Assembly (NCBI GenBank): GCA_025201805.1
Contig: MU619239.1
Span: 426,752-490,751, forward strand
DNA from: Parasitella parasitica NRRL 2501
Taxonomy: Eukaryota > Fungi > Mucoromycota
Direction: 5' to 3'
DNA length: 64,000 nt
Under the pieces are notes generated by a model. That model was not told the DNA's origin, searched no databases, and saw nothing but the letters and a program-made list of their open reading frames with translations. Shown here piece after piece: positions 52,832 through 64,000 of the stretch. How positions within the stretch are numbered: the stretch's first letter is position 1; each line of letters begins with the position of its first letter. The translations under genes and the position numbers were made by a program.

Positions 52832-55363
52832 CTAGCGATAACTATAGTTGCCCCCATAGGGTGGCTGCTGCTGTTGTTGTGGAGGGTATCCGTGTTGAGC
52901 AGAAGGTGAGTGTCCACTATTTACAGCAGGGACCGATGCTGCACTATAGAATGAGCCGTTATTATGTGAGTAAGGTAGGCTTTGAGGCGGATAGGGCTGC
53001 TGAGACGAATAATAATCATTCTGATAGCTCATGGAGGGATTTTGAGGGTTGCTTTGTGGTTGATAAGATGGGTACTGCTGTTGCTGTTGTTGAGGTGGAT
53101 AGCCGACGGTTGCATTGGCTGCTGATGTAGGTGGGTAGGGCTGCTGACTGATGGATGCATTCACCATGCTATTTGTCAAGTCATTGACACCGTATGGGTG
53201 CTTTTGAGCATGAGGATCTGAGGAGGCCATCAATGGCGTTTGGTAATCACCGTAGCCAGCGCCGTAATTTGGATCGTAGGGCTGCTGCTGCAGTTGTTGT
53301 GGTTGCTGCTGTGGTTGCTGTTGAGGATAGGCGTCTGCTGCCTCGAACGATGAAGTAAATACAAACGACTTGTCGCGAATAATGCATTCAATCTTGATTT
53401 CAGTCAAACCAAAGTACATTTTGATGGTCATATTGACCTTTTCGCCAGCTTTAACGCCGTCTAGATGTGGCATACGAATTGGAAAATTGCCAACCTTTCG
53501 TACAAGTGGGTGGGATGTGAGACGAGGTGGCTGACCTTCGCCGTCAAATGCAAAGAGATCAGAGTCTGTATCGTTAGGGTAGCTGATGACAAAGTTTTTA
53601 GAGACACACTCGTCAACTTTGATGCTTTGGCCTTGATGAACATAGACGCTAAACCGCTGGCGACAGTAACGTTTCTGATCCCCACCCATGACAGAGTATT
53701 CAGGTGGATCGATGCCCTCTTGGAATAACATGCGAGTTTCTACACCATACGTGCGACGCGACACACGCTCAGTAACAATCTGAGGATTCAAGCCAAAATA
53801 AACTGCACCACGGACAACAGCCAACTCTCCACGGGGCGGTACACCAATCATTCCAACCTGATTAGCAAACTCATCTTCTACTCTGCGGAAAAGATAGTTG
53901 GACTGGCCGAAACCACCAACCAAGAAAATAGCCTCTAACTGAGGCGATTGAGCAAGCTGCCCTCTGATCAGATCAAGTACCTGACGAATAACAGGTTCAA
54001 AAACGTATTCTATCAGCTCCTCCTTTGGCAAACATAGTGCTCCATTTTCGAGTCCAATCTCGTCGTCTGTCAAGTCGCCCAATCCCATAGAAGCAGGTAG
54101 ATCGAGATAATGATCTTCACAGCCATCAAAATCTGGCTTGATGACATTGACAAACGTATCCATAATGAGCTCCATCGCACTATCGTTGATAGTATGATAA
54201 TGAGAGAATTTGCGCTTGAGATACTCTCGCATTCTCAAATCCAGAAAACCAGAACCGCAAGAGCCACCATGACCATTTGTCACTTCTTTCAGGGTACGTC
54301 TTTCTCCAGGAGGCTCATTGATCTCAAAAACAATCAGATCAACCGTTCCACCTCCTGCATCACAAATCATAAATCGCTGGCCGTGTCTCAAGTTGAATTG
54401 TTCAGACTTCTTTTCACAATACAATGCCGCTGCTTCCGGCTCTGAAATGAGCATGAGTCTATCAGGATGATCGGTGCTGTTGATCAATCCGGCACGAACT
54501 GCTGCTTCACGCATGGTTGCTTTGGCTCTGTCGCTCCACATGGCTGGCACTGTAAGACACTGTCTATAGACTTTAGCGAGGCCATCGTTTTTTTTTTTTT
54601 TTTTTTTTTTTATCAGTTGCTAAACGCGAGATAGAAAGANNNNNNNNNNTAGAAAGAGCAACATGCATTGCAAAAGTTTATGTTTGCCGAATCCATCTGC
54701 AAGATTCAGAGTCACATCACTGTTTGCTAGCCGTTGTGAATACATTATAAACTTACATAACGGAACCTTGTTTGGTCGTAGTTGCCAGCGAAGCCCTTCA
54801 AAAGCTCGGTGCAAACATGCAAATGGAAGGCACGAAGATAATCGGCAATGACATCAATGATATTGAGGCCATTTCCCAGATCGGTTTGCTGCAAATGCTC
54901 ATCCAAATACAGCTTGAATTTGGACAGGAGCATAGAGTCGGCGTTGTTGGGCTTCATAGCAAGTCTTCTAGCACCATGTCCCCACTCAACGAGCTGTGTG
55001 GATCCTTTGCGATACAAAGAAAGTGTCGGCGTCTATATTAAGCTTTAATAACATTTGTGAGTATAAATCTTCATCATAAATTACCTTGGGATAAACTTGA
55101 TTATTTTGTTTTGGCCTAAATTAAGCTTGTCGTTAGTATGTTGTCATAGATCAGTCATCCACAGGCTTACCACTTGACAATATCAATGACTTCTTCATTT
55201 TGAGCAAAAGCATAGCAACAACCAGAGTAAGTCGTACCTTTTTTTTTTTTTTTTGTTGAAGTAATTAGTGCCAAGAAAAAATAAGATTTGTGTGGATAAT
55301 TCATTTACCAAAATCAATGCCTATAATTACTGGATAGTCTGCATAGTTGAATCCGGAATTCAT
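52832..55363 (-). CDS. Atypical Hsp70 (HSPA12-like) with Q/P/Y-rich C-terminal tail
   Basis: VIIGIDF|GTTYSG, LTVPAMW, ISEPEAAA, ICDAGGGTVD, LVGGFGQS, AVVRGAV, SRRTYG; the N-gap lies in an intron. Confidence 0.9.
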
Positions 55364-56350
55364 TTAAGATAAAATCACAACCCAAAGGCTAAAACAGTAT
55401 ATTAAATGAAGAAAGAAGGGAAGAAAGAGAAAAAGTTTGGTGATTCATTTTGTAGACTAAAAATAGGTGAATGTATAAACACACACCGAATCAACTATTG
55501 TGTGGCAATCATTCACTCAAGCACGATGGCTGGCCCAATGACGATGAATCTGTGCGTCATATAGATACATTTACCAAATACATAACAAGCTGCAAAAACA
55601 TTAGAGTAAAAATAGATATTTTGCTTGGATTTTATCGGCCAATAAATAATGCTCTGGTGGAACTGCCCTGCTAACGATGTGTTCATACAATTGTATTGAG
55701 ATAGTTAAAATCACTTTTTATTGCTACTTTCTGATGATGGCTTAACAACGGTGCTTCTGAATCTATCAAGTCATAGATTTTTATGATGATTTGGCCTGTC
55801 TGTGTCATTTGATTACTTCAGTATACTTTAAAATAACGATCTTCTGAATATTGACAAGACAATGGCAGTAAACTTAATCATATCCAGTCTTCACCAGTTG
55901 TAACGCCAACAGCATTATCCTAGATTGAATAATTAAGTCTAAACGGATGTAAATCTCTATGCTTGACCAAATTACATGTGCAACAAAAAAAAATGGGAAG
56001 GGGACGATTATAAATGATAGAGTGATGTACTGTGATAGACTCCAGCGCAGGCTGCTATATGCTTACCAAATCATCATGCTTCCGAGTATAAACTATATTT
56101 TTGCTAGCTACATCACACAACAATGCCTATTTCTGCTATTCAATATTAACAGAAAAAAAGGCGTATATTACGGGCATTATTATTATCGCTTGAGCATCAT
56201 TGCGTTGAGCAGCTATGTATTGTTTCAGCACCTCTTGGGGGAAAGGAGTAATCTTGATTGAACTCCCGTCTCTATTATGACAATGAATACCAAAATAGAA
56301 TTTTATTTTCTGTCTCTCTCTCTTATTTTCTTTAAAAAAAAAAGGGAACT

Positions 56351-59300
56351 ATGATGGCAGCAAAATCATTACCGACATTCTCGTCTAAATCCACCATCAG
56401 AAGAGCTACAAATCAAAGCAATAGCAGCCGAAAGAGCACGGCCCGAACTACTAATCCAGGTACAGTATACGAATATGCTCTTCGCTGTGCTATACGAGCG
56501 CATATGGAGCAGACCGACAAGAAACAGGACACTACTACAACCACGAGCCCTTCTGGGTCTATCTCCAAAAAAAAAGAAGAAAGACATTTATCACTTCATC
56601 ACAGCTTCTCCAGTTTGGTCAACAAATTCTCAAACGATGACGATAAAAAATCTGGAAAATTGACTCGAGAAATTGTCAAGAGTCTGTCGAAACGTTTGGA
56701 GGATGTTTACGAGGAAAGAGACATTTCAAAAGCAGAGTTTATGGACAGCAGATTTCGTGCGGTGGCAAAGATTGTGAAAAAGGAGCTGCAAAGGCATCAA
56801 TATAGATCAACTGCTACAATTAATAACATTGCTGTATTTTTCTTACAATCAAGCAAGGCAAAATTAGAAGTGAATCAATCTAATCCTGCATTACAGTGTG
56901 ACGATCTCAACCGCTTCATGGCCACATTTGTCACCATGGTAATACAAACTTTACAAAACGATGCTCCTTCATCTGCCACACCCGAGTTGATTGAAAATCT
57001 TTCTGCCATTTGTGCACCCACTCAAAAAGCAGCATCAGAGAAAAGGACGTCCGTTAAATCGAATAATGACATACAGGATTTCCCAATGGTAATAACTATT
57101 AAGCAATTGTTTCGAATGACTGAAACAGAGCACCGAAAGAAGCTCAACGAACTAATTCCAATTTGCACTGAATCAGTAAGTGGCAAGAGTGCGTTAAAAT
57201 CAACAAGACTTGTCTAATCATCTAGCGCCAATACAGGCATTATTGCACGATTTCAAAAAATGCATTAATAATGTACACACAAATCAGTCGTTTCCCGGTA
57301 AAAAGGAGGATTTTCCATCAGTACCAGCCTATGAAAATTGGCAAAAAAAAGAAGTGAAGCAACTAACGGAATTGATGAATTCGCTAATGCTAATGAACCC
57401 CAAGTTGAGTATCACAACGTCGAGCGAGCAAGATGTGGGAAACACCAATTTACTGGCAAGACAAAATACAGCAGACTCGTTCACCTCGATATCAACGATC
57501 TCTACGCAAAGCAGTATAACGGTAAGAACTTGCAAGCTGTAATATGCATTCCTTGGATTAATACTCATTTTATATAGTCGTTTGAGTCTTCACCATTCAC
57601 TTTCATTCCATCAGATCCTAAAGGATGCTTCAAGTATCTTATGAGTTTGTGCCTTGATCAGGATACTGATAATCTGTCTGTCGTGCCCGAGGCTGAGCGA
57701 GCCAAAACCAGTGCCCTGTCTCAACAATCTGATGAATTACTTCGAGAGTGTTGGAAAACATGGAGACTATCAGCCCCATTCCGTGCAATTTTATATCTCA
57801 AGCTCGTGAGATCAAAGTTTGACGATAATAGTCTTGGCATTGATGACGTTAGTGATGCTCTTCGATCGTTGGAAAGGGTTGCCAAAGAAAATAACGCTAC
57901 AAGTTGGGCAATTGCAGATGTAGGATAATATAAGCGGTGTCAGCACATATACTCACACATATATCACTAGAGGGATAGTATTATTCGAGTATTGGAAGGT
58001 GTGGATAACTCTTTATTACATGAATTAGCAGATGGATTATCTGAATATTGGAAGATTAGGTAAACTGGCACAATTACCCTAGTATGCTGATTCATATGTT
58101 AAGACTCGCTTCTTTTTGTCTATAGCCCTACCTGGGTTCAAGATATAGTTGATCTGTTGGAAAAAGTGTATAGCAACGCTATTTATTCAGAAGCACTTCC
58201 AAACCCTGAAGAAGGGATTAATCAATTAGAGGATATAATCAAGGTATAAATATCAGAACTACCATAGAAGAAGTGTGTTGTAAACAACATGTAAACATAG
58301 GGGGCGGCAGTGGAAAGATGGAGTCATATTGAGAAAACTGCTAATGATCCTGAAAAGGACAATCTATCGAACCTGTTCTCAATGGCTGACATTCTCAGTA
58401 AAGAACTTACATCTGTTGCCAAAAAGAAGTTTCCTAGCCCTTTGATGAATCTGTTATCTGTTCCTAGTCTTGTCATGGCAAGACAGATGCCTTATTTTGC
58501 TCTCGAAATCGAAAACTGGGCATTCTCTCCCGAGTTCAAAACATGCCCTATTGATAGTGCATTTGCGTTATATGAAAAAGTACTGAATCTGGAGAAACTG
58601 TATGATGAATATGGACCCATGTGAGTAATTCGGATGTCTACGCGACCATGCGATGCTAAACAGTGTTTTAGGACAAAAAAGAGCCTGTTTAAAGTTGAAT
58701 CGTGGTTTTTACCTCATGTCAAGCGATGGTTGGTAAAGACAAACGACTCTACGTTCGATTGGGTCAACAATGCAATTGATCAAGACCAGGTAGAGAGAGA
58801 CTCATCGAGTTCTCTTTTATATATAGAAAAACTAACAAAGCTAGATAGTTTCAACGATACAACGATGTAGCAGCTCATTCATCATCTGTCATTGATCTAT
58901 TTTCCATGTTTAATCAAGCTGTCGAATTTATAGCTGGCCTGCAATGGCCAAACGACGTGCAGCACTGCTTATTTGCAACATTTATGGCAAAAATGATTGG
59001 AGAAGGCATTGAACAGTATTGTCGTGCGATGGAGGTTATGATCAGAAAAGAAATCTCCCCTAATCGTCCTTCCAGTCAAGACATGGCATTGGAAGCTGTC
59101 GCCTCTGGCTCAATATTAGGTATAGCACGCTACCAGATTATGGGTGGACGAGGATTGAACAAAGACGAAGCCTGTGCACCGAACGATTTTATCACGCCTG
59201 GGTTATGCATCAAGTTGAACAACGTGGACGCAGCCCGCGCTAAATTGGATCGACTATATCAAATCATGGATGTAGATCGAGTTGCTCAATTCATGAGAGA

Positions 59301-60754
59301 GAACTGCGGGCCACAAGGTACTTACAAGCCAGAAAAAAACAGCTTTCTGTACTCTATTCGCGTTGTAAGAGCAGAAAACCTAAAGCCCATGGATAATAAT
59401 GGACTCAGTGATCCTTATGTGTCTTTTGAAATTGACGGCAAGGCAATCACTAGAACGAACACCGTGTACGAGACATTGAATCCTAGATGGGATCAAGAGT
59501 TTGATCTGTATTTGAATGATGACGCTGTTGATGTTTGTGTTGTCGTCAACGATGAAGACATGCTTGGCTCTGATGAAAAATGCGGTGTAGCATGCTTTAC
59601 TTTGTCTCACAAATACAACGACATGTATCAAAAAGATGATTTAGTGCTTGATCTATCGCCTCAAGGTTCGTTGGTACTGCGTATCAATGCTGAAAGTGAA
59701 AAGAATGACATACAATTTTGGTTTGGTAAAACGTTCCGTACATTAAAGACTTTTGATACGGATGCGGCATGGCTTATCGTTGACAAAGTAAGTGCATTTG
59801 TATTGCTGTCAATGACATTTTATTGATAGTGCCACGATAGATGACGCCTTATATTCGATCTTGCTTGTCTCGTCAAACCATCGATAAACTTTTGGGTAGA
59901 GACAAAAGCGGATTCTTTTCTGCATTCAGCCGAGTTGCTAGTAAGCAATCAGAACCTGATTTACAAGCCTGTGAAGATGCAATTGCACCTTTATTGGAAT
60001 TCTTGGAGCGTAATTTGGCCGTACTGAATGAAAACTTGGCAGACACTATTTTGCACTTTATTGTTTTGGCGATTTGGGAACAAATCCTAAGAACTTTGGA
60101 TAGTATCTTATTACCACCATTGTCAGAGGATCTATCAGATATAGAGCCACTAGATGATTATCAGCTCCATGTAGTTTTGAAATGGTTAGAGGTAAGAAAG
60201 CTGGTTTTGCACACATATGTTCCCAGTTATCTGGTAACTTAAAATTTTTCTAGTTGCTTAAAATCATGTTTAATGGCGGTGAGGATGGAGATGCAATCGC
60301 ACTTGAAAATTTAGAAAATGCACAATACTGTTCTTTATTAGCTGTCAACTCTGCGTATCGATTGGACACAAGTGCTCTAATGGAAAGCTATCAGTTGTCG
60401 AAAAGACTATCTGGGTCTAGCATTCATGTCGGCAAGACTCCTCCTAATAGAAGTAAAACGGTATACCACTCTAAAAATACCATACGACATCGCAAGCCTT
60501 CAGAAAATAGAGATCAGAATACGGTAGCTCATATGCCTCATCGAGATGATATTTTACGTATTCTTTGCATGAGAAAAGATCAACATGTCTTGGAATTTTT
60601 AAGACAAGAACTCAAAACGCGTAATAACTACCATTCATCAAAAAGACATGGCACTGAAATTAGACAATCAGGATTAACAGACACGCCTACCTCTATTAAA
60701 GATGTGTCTATTCCACCTTTTTTGCCGGCACATGGTATAACACTCAGAGATTAA
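56351..60754 (+). CDS. Munc13/UNC-13-like MUN + C2 protein (Yor296w/Ync13-like)
   Basis: W..NAIDQDQF..HSSSVIDLF MHD1, CIKLNN, C2 domain RAENLKPMDNNGLSDPYV..TLNPRW, DIQFWFGKTFR, MHD2 LLPPLS; many introns. Confidence 0.88.
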
Positions 60755-61337
60755 TCTTTGAACACAATATGTAATAAAATACTCGTTAATGCTTCTCAAT
60801 TTCCTTAAGCGCTGTTAAAATGGTATCGCTACATATTTGCATCATCTTAGAATTCATTGTTGAAGTTGTGAAACTCATTACGGATACCAACCAGTGATAA
60901 AATAAATGTTTGAATTTGTGGATTTGGTTCAATGGGAATGTGTTAAACTCAACAATCTTGAATTTAAATGAAAATGAAACTTGACTTAACTACATAAACA
61001 GGAAACTAATTGGCATGAGCCAGAAGGGCGTTTATATATATTTATTTCATATGCTCATAATACACTTCATTATTAAATGAAGAAAAAGCTTATGCACGTC
61101 TCTTATTTTCTCTGTTCAGTACATTTAGATTGATCTGCTTGATAAATTAGCGATATGTTTTTAATTCTTACTTATAGTCTTCTCATAATTGACTACTCTT
61201 ACTTGCAAAATGAAGTATTTCCATATGTAAAATATAAACCAAGATACATCAAAAAGGATACGTGCAGCGTTTCTAGACACAAAAGGTGTTGAAGTTATTT
61301 AAACGTCTCACGTAAATAAAGATTTTTAAAAGAATTA

Positions 61338-61410
61338 AGCCCAACGGGGGGGTCGAACCCCCAACCTTGAGATTAAGAGTCTCACGCTCTACCGATTGAG
61401 CTAGCTAGGC
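61338..61410 (-). tRNA. tRNA-Lys, anticodon CTT, no intron
   Basis: GCCTAGCTAGCTCAATCGGTAGAGCGTGAGACT-CTT-AATCTCAAGGTTGGGGGTTCGACCCCCCCGTTGGGC folds into a cloverleaf with A and B boxes. Confidence 0.96.
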
Positions 61411-61725
61411 ATTCTCTTAGTATAGCAACCTATGATCATATCGATTAATGCATTAGATACTATTAATAAAAATTCAATCTTAAACTGAGCTAGCTAGGCG
61501 GCATCTCTTTCGTTTTTTCATCACTTTTTTCCTCACTTTTCGGTTAAAAGTTTTACTCTCCTACAAAAAACGAATTTTCTCAACCGTCAGCAACGCAATC
61601 AACTCGAAATTATACCAATATACTTGCCTTTAGTGATAGTCTATTGTGTTATAATTTCAGTATCGTCGAACACCTGCCTCATATTTTTTTTAGATTTTAA
61701 AAATTTATAAAAAATATACACCGCC

Positions 61726-62679
61726 ATGGACAATCCACTACAGCATTTGGACATGAATCAGTTTCCTTTGGTACTGCAACAACTTCAACAACAACTTACT
61801 TTAGTCACAGAGAAAGTTAATCAACATGATGAGCTGCTCACACGTTTATCTGTTCTTGAGCAAGAAAATAAGGAACTGAAAAAATTTTTACACGACAAGG
61901 AGCTTATAATTGAAAAACTCCAGGCTCAAATTCCAAGTCACGAAAATTCTTCCGCTTCGGGTCGAACCGAGGGGGGGAATAATCTCAACACTCAAGGCTC
62001 TCCCAAGCCTAACAATACTGTACCAAACTATAGTACCGTTGCTTCTGCTGCTGCTCACAAGCCAGATCCCCTTGCTACTGCAAACAAGAAGGGTAAAAAG
62101 CGCCTGGCTGCTGGTCGTGTCTTTCGAACTCCTGCTACCAAAGGTCCTCAAGGCTATGAATATGTTTATATTGGTAGATCTCGTAAGATCCAACGTTCTG
62201 AAGTTAGAAAAATTCTCAGAGACTCTGGTGTTGACTTGGGTCGTGTCTTGGATATCTGTTTTCCTGCATCTGAGGTTATCGGCATTCTGTTACACACCCA
62301 GTATGTACAAGATTTTACTGAACTCATGAAGGCTGCTGACGCCGAGCTTGTCTCCGGTTTTGACCCACTGGATCCTGCCAATATTGCTGACCCCAAGTAT
62401 GCCACTCTTGGTGTATCTGAGCGTTCTAGTCTGATTTTGGAATTTACTGCTACTCGCTGTCTTCAAACACTGGCTTTCCTGCGACCATTGAATGTTAGTG
62501 GTGTTGGTAAGTACTTCGTCGAGCAAGGCTGGATCTGTGAAGAAGACCTTTCTGTCTCTGTTGCGGCAGCTGTCAAGCGCTTTGCTGTCAAGGAGCCCAA
62601 GCGGGCTAAATTTCTGTTCCGTCGTCAACTGTCTAGCGACTCTGACTCTGAGGATAATGGCTCTGTTATGGAACAATAA
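61726..62679 (+). CDS. LINE ORF1 (coiled coil + RRM-like region)
   Basis: N-terminal heptad coiled coil; GYEYVYI..RVLDICFP..IGILLHTQY..FDPLDP; directly precedes ORF2. Confidence 0.8.
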   Translation: MDNPLQHLDMNQFPLVLQQLQQQLTLVTEKVNQHDELLTRLSVLEQENKELKKFLHDKELIIEKLQAQIPSHENSSASGRTEGGNNLNTQGSPKPNNTVPNYSTVASAAAHKPDPLATANKKGKKRLAAGRVFRTPATKGPQGYEYVYIGRSRKIQRSEVRKILRDSGVDLGRVLDICFPASEVIGILLHTQYVQDFTELMKAADAELVSGFDPLDPANIADPKYATLGVSERSSLILEFTATRCLQTLAFLRPLNVSGVGKYFVEQGWICEEDLSVSVAAAVKRFAVKEPKRAKFLFRRQLSSDSDSEDNGSVMEQ

Positions 62680-64000
62680 TGTGTTCCATGCCTGCACCTC
62701 CGTTACTGTCTAATATTTATGTCAACCCAGTCCGCTCCTTGTTTGTCTCTCTTTCCCTCTGGAATGCTAACGGTCTTCGCCAATCAGTAATTCATGATGT
62801 TCTCTCTCATGCTCTTAATACTCATGTGCTACTGGTTACAGAAACCTGGCTTACCTCTGGCTCTTTCCCCACCAGCTGGTCTCAATTTCATCTCTATGGT
62901 ACAAAAGTTCCTGGTGCATTTAATCGAGGTTCTGGTGGTATTACTGCTTTTGTCTCTCCTTCCTGTCCTTATAATGTCTCCCAACTCCCGTCATACAATC
63001 CGCACACTCTGTCCCTAAAGGTTGGCACCCTTACGGTCCATTGTGTATACTTACCTCCACCCCTATCATCTGATAAGGTGCTCTCAATCCTCAGTTCTTT
63101 GCCTATGGCTCAGGATACTATTCTGTGTGGTGATTTTAATGCTAGATTGGGCTCTCTAACTGGTGATACTATTGCTAATGCTCGTGGTAATGCTCTAAAG
63201 CCTTGGCTTGAAGAGTATAATTTCTGTGTTCTGAATACGTCTTTGGCTTTTGGTGTTCGAACCTTCTCATCCTTTCGGCGTCAACAGGAACTGAGCAGTA
63301 TTATTGATCTATTTCTGACAAACATTGGTGACTCTGGTATGCTGAATCCTCAAATGGTAGTTGAGTCTAATCTGTCTCTTGGTTCTGATCATCGGTTGAT
63401 GCTACTTACTTTCGAATATGTACCACCTCCCGATGATACTGTGGTCCCTGGTGATTCTGGTTTGGCTCCCAGGCGTCAGTGGAAGCTCTCGAAATTGACG
63501 AAAGAGAAGCCTTTGGGCTTACTCCGTGAATCCTTTCGATCTTCAGTGTCTCCTCTGGTTGGTACGCTGTCTGGTTTGGTGTATGGTTCTCCTGGTGTTC
63601 GTCCTGATATTGATGCACTCAACGATTCTTTGAATCAATGTTTGTATGAATCTCTGGATAGCTCTATTGGTGTAAAAACTAGTCGTCCTGGTCATTGGAA
63701 GAAGTACTGGACCCAAGAAATTCAAGATGCTGCCACCTCTCGCGATCGCCTATACAGTCAATGGCGACATTCCTTTGGGATTGTCAAAGTAGATAAGTGG
63801 GTCTTGTATAAGAATGCTCATCGAAAGTTTAGATCTTTGATTCAAGCTGCTAAGCGCAGGTCGTGGAAACAGTTTTGTGGTGCACTAGAACGTGATTTTT
63901 CAAAGGCTACTGCGGCTATCAAGCGCATCAAACGAAACAAAGAATCTTCTGCTACTTACTGTCACCCTGATGGACCTGCTGCTTCTGTTGCTGCTATGGG
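62679..64000 (+). CDS. LINE ORF2, APE endonuclease (RT expected beyond the window)
   Basis: Open from ATG 62679 to the window end: SLWNANGL, VTETW, VYLPP, CGDFNAR, SIIDL, GSDH, KYWT; absent from the ORF track, presumably because it has no stop in the window. Confidence 0.92.
   Translation, partial: MCSMPAPPLLSNIYVNPVRSLFVSLSLWNANGLRQSVIHDVLSHALNTHVLLVTETWLTSGSFPTSWSQFHLYGTKVPGAFNRGSGGITAFVSPSCPYNVSQLPSYNPHTLSLKVGTLTVHCVYLPPPLSSDKVLSILSSLPMAQDTILCGDFNARLGSLTGDTIANARGNALKPWLEEYNFCVLNTSLAFGVRTFSSFRRQQELSSIIDLFLTNIGDSGMLNPQMVVESNLSLGSDHRLMLLTFEYVPPPDDTVVPGDSGLAPRRQWKLSKLTKEKPLGLLRESFRSSVSPLVGTLSGLVYGSPGVRPDIDALNDSLNQCLYESLDSSIGVKTSRPGHWKKYWTQEIQDAATSRDRLYSQWRHSFGIVKVDKWVLYKNAHRKFRSLIQAAKRRSWKQFCGALERDFSKATAAIKRIKRNKESSATYCHPDGPAASVAAM

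Larger units (their letters stand above)
61500..64000 (+). mobile_element. Non-LTR (LINE) retrotransposon, 5' part, apparently intact; runs off the window
   Basis: Pyrimidine-rich leader, ORF1, and ORF2 with APE endonuclease motifs; T-rich codon bias distinct from host genes. Confidence 0.9.

Noticed and set aside
62719-62790. ATG at 62719 implying a frameshifted, dead ORF2
   Set aside because: The APE frame is open from the upstream ATG at 62679, so no frameshift is needed
61500-64000. Centromere-associated Grem-LINE1 interpretation
   Set aside because: The flank is gene-dense, only one element is visible, and the clade cannot be assigned without the RT domain

Overview
Intron-rich, AT-rich eukaryotic DNA, almost certainly a Mucorales fungus (Mucor-like, judged from gene content, short GT-AG introns and TE families). 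About 24 protein-coding genes are supportable. Recognisable ones are an Msp1/spastin-like AAA ATPase, a Pib1-like FYVE-RING ligase, a Reg1-like DUF1752 protein, Gvp36, a YML020W-like protein, KRR1, AAR2, PHO8, a DHA1 MFS transporter, a small J-protein, RML2, a NIPA transporter, a Def1-like polyQ CUE protein, a stand-alone response regulator, a UFD1/TRAF-ZnF/AZUL protein, a secreted 3D/MltA-like protein, a Kin1/MARK kinase, an HSPA12-like Hsp70 and a Munc13-like C2 protein; the rest are orphans. Non-genic content includes a dienelactone-hydrolase pseudogene, LTR-like repeats and a 38-42 kb TE graveyard (deleted Helitron, two fused Tc1/IS630-like remnants). At the right end a tRNA-Lys(CTT) gene lies about 90 bp from an apparently intact, divergently oriented LINE. 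The LINE's 5' boundary carries a copy of the tRNA 5' end, and its ORF1 and ORF2 overlap at TAATG. The best leads are this putative tRNA-gene-targeted LINE and the secreted bacterial-type 3D-domain protein. Exon boundaries were read by eye and no database search was run.
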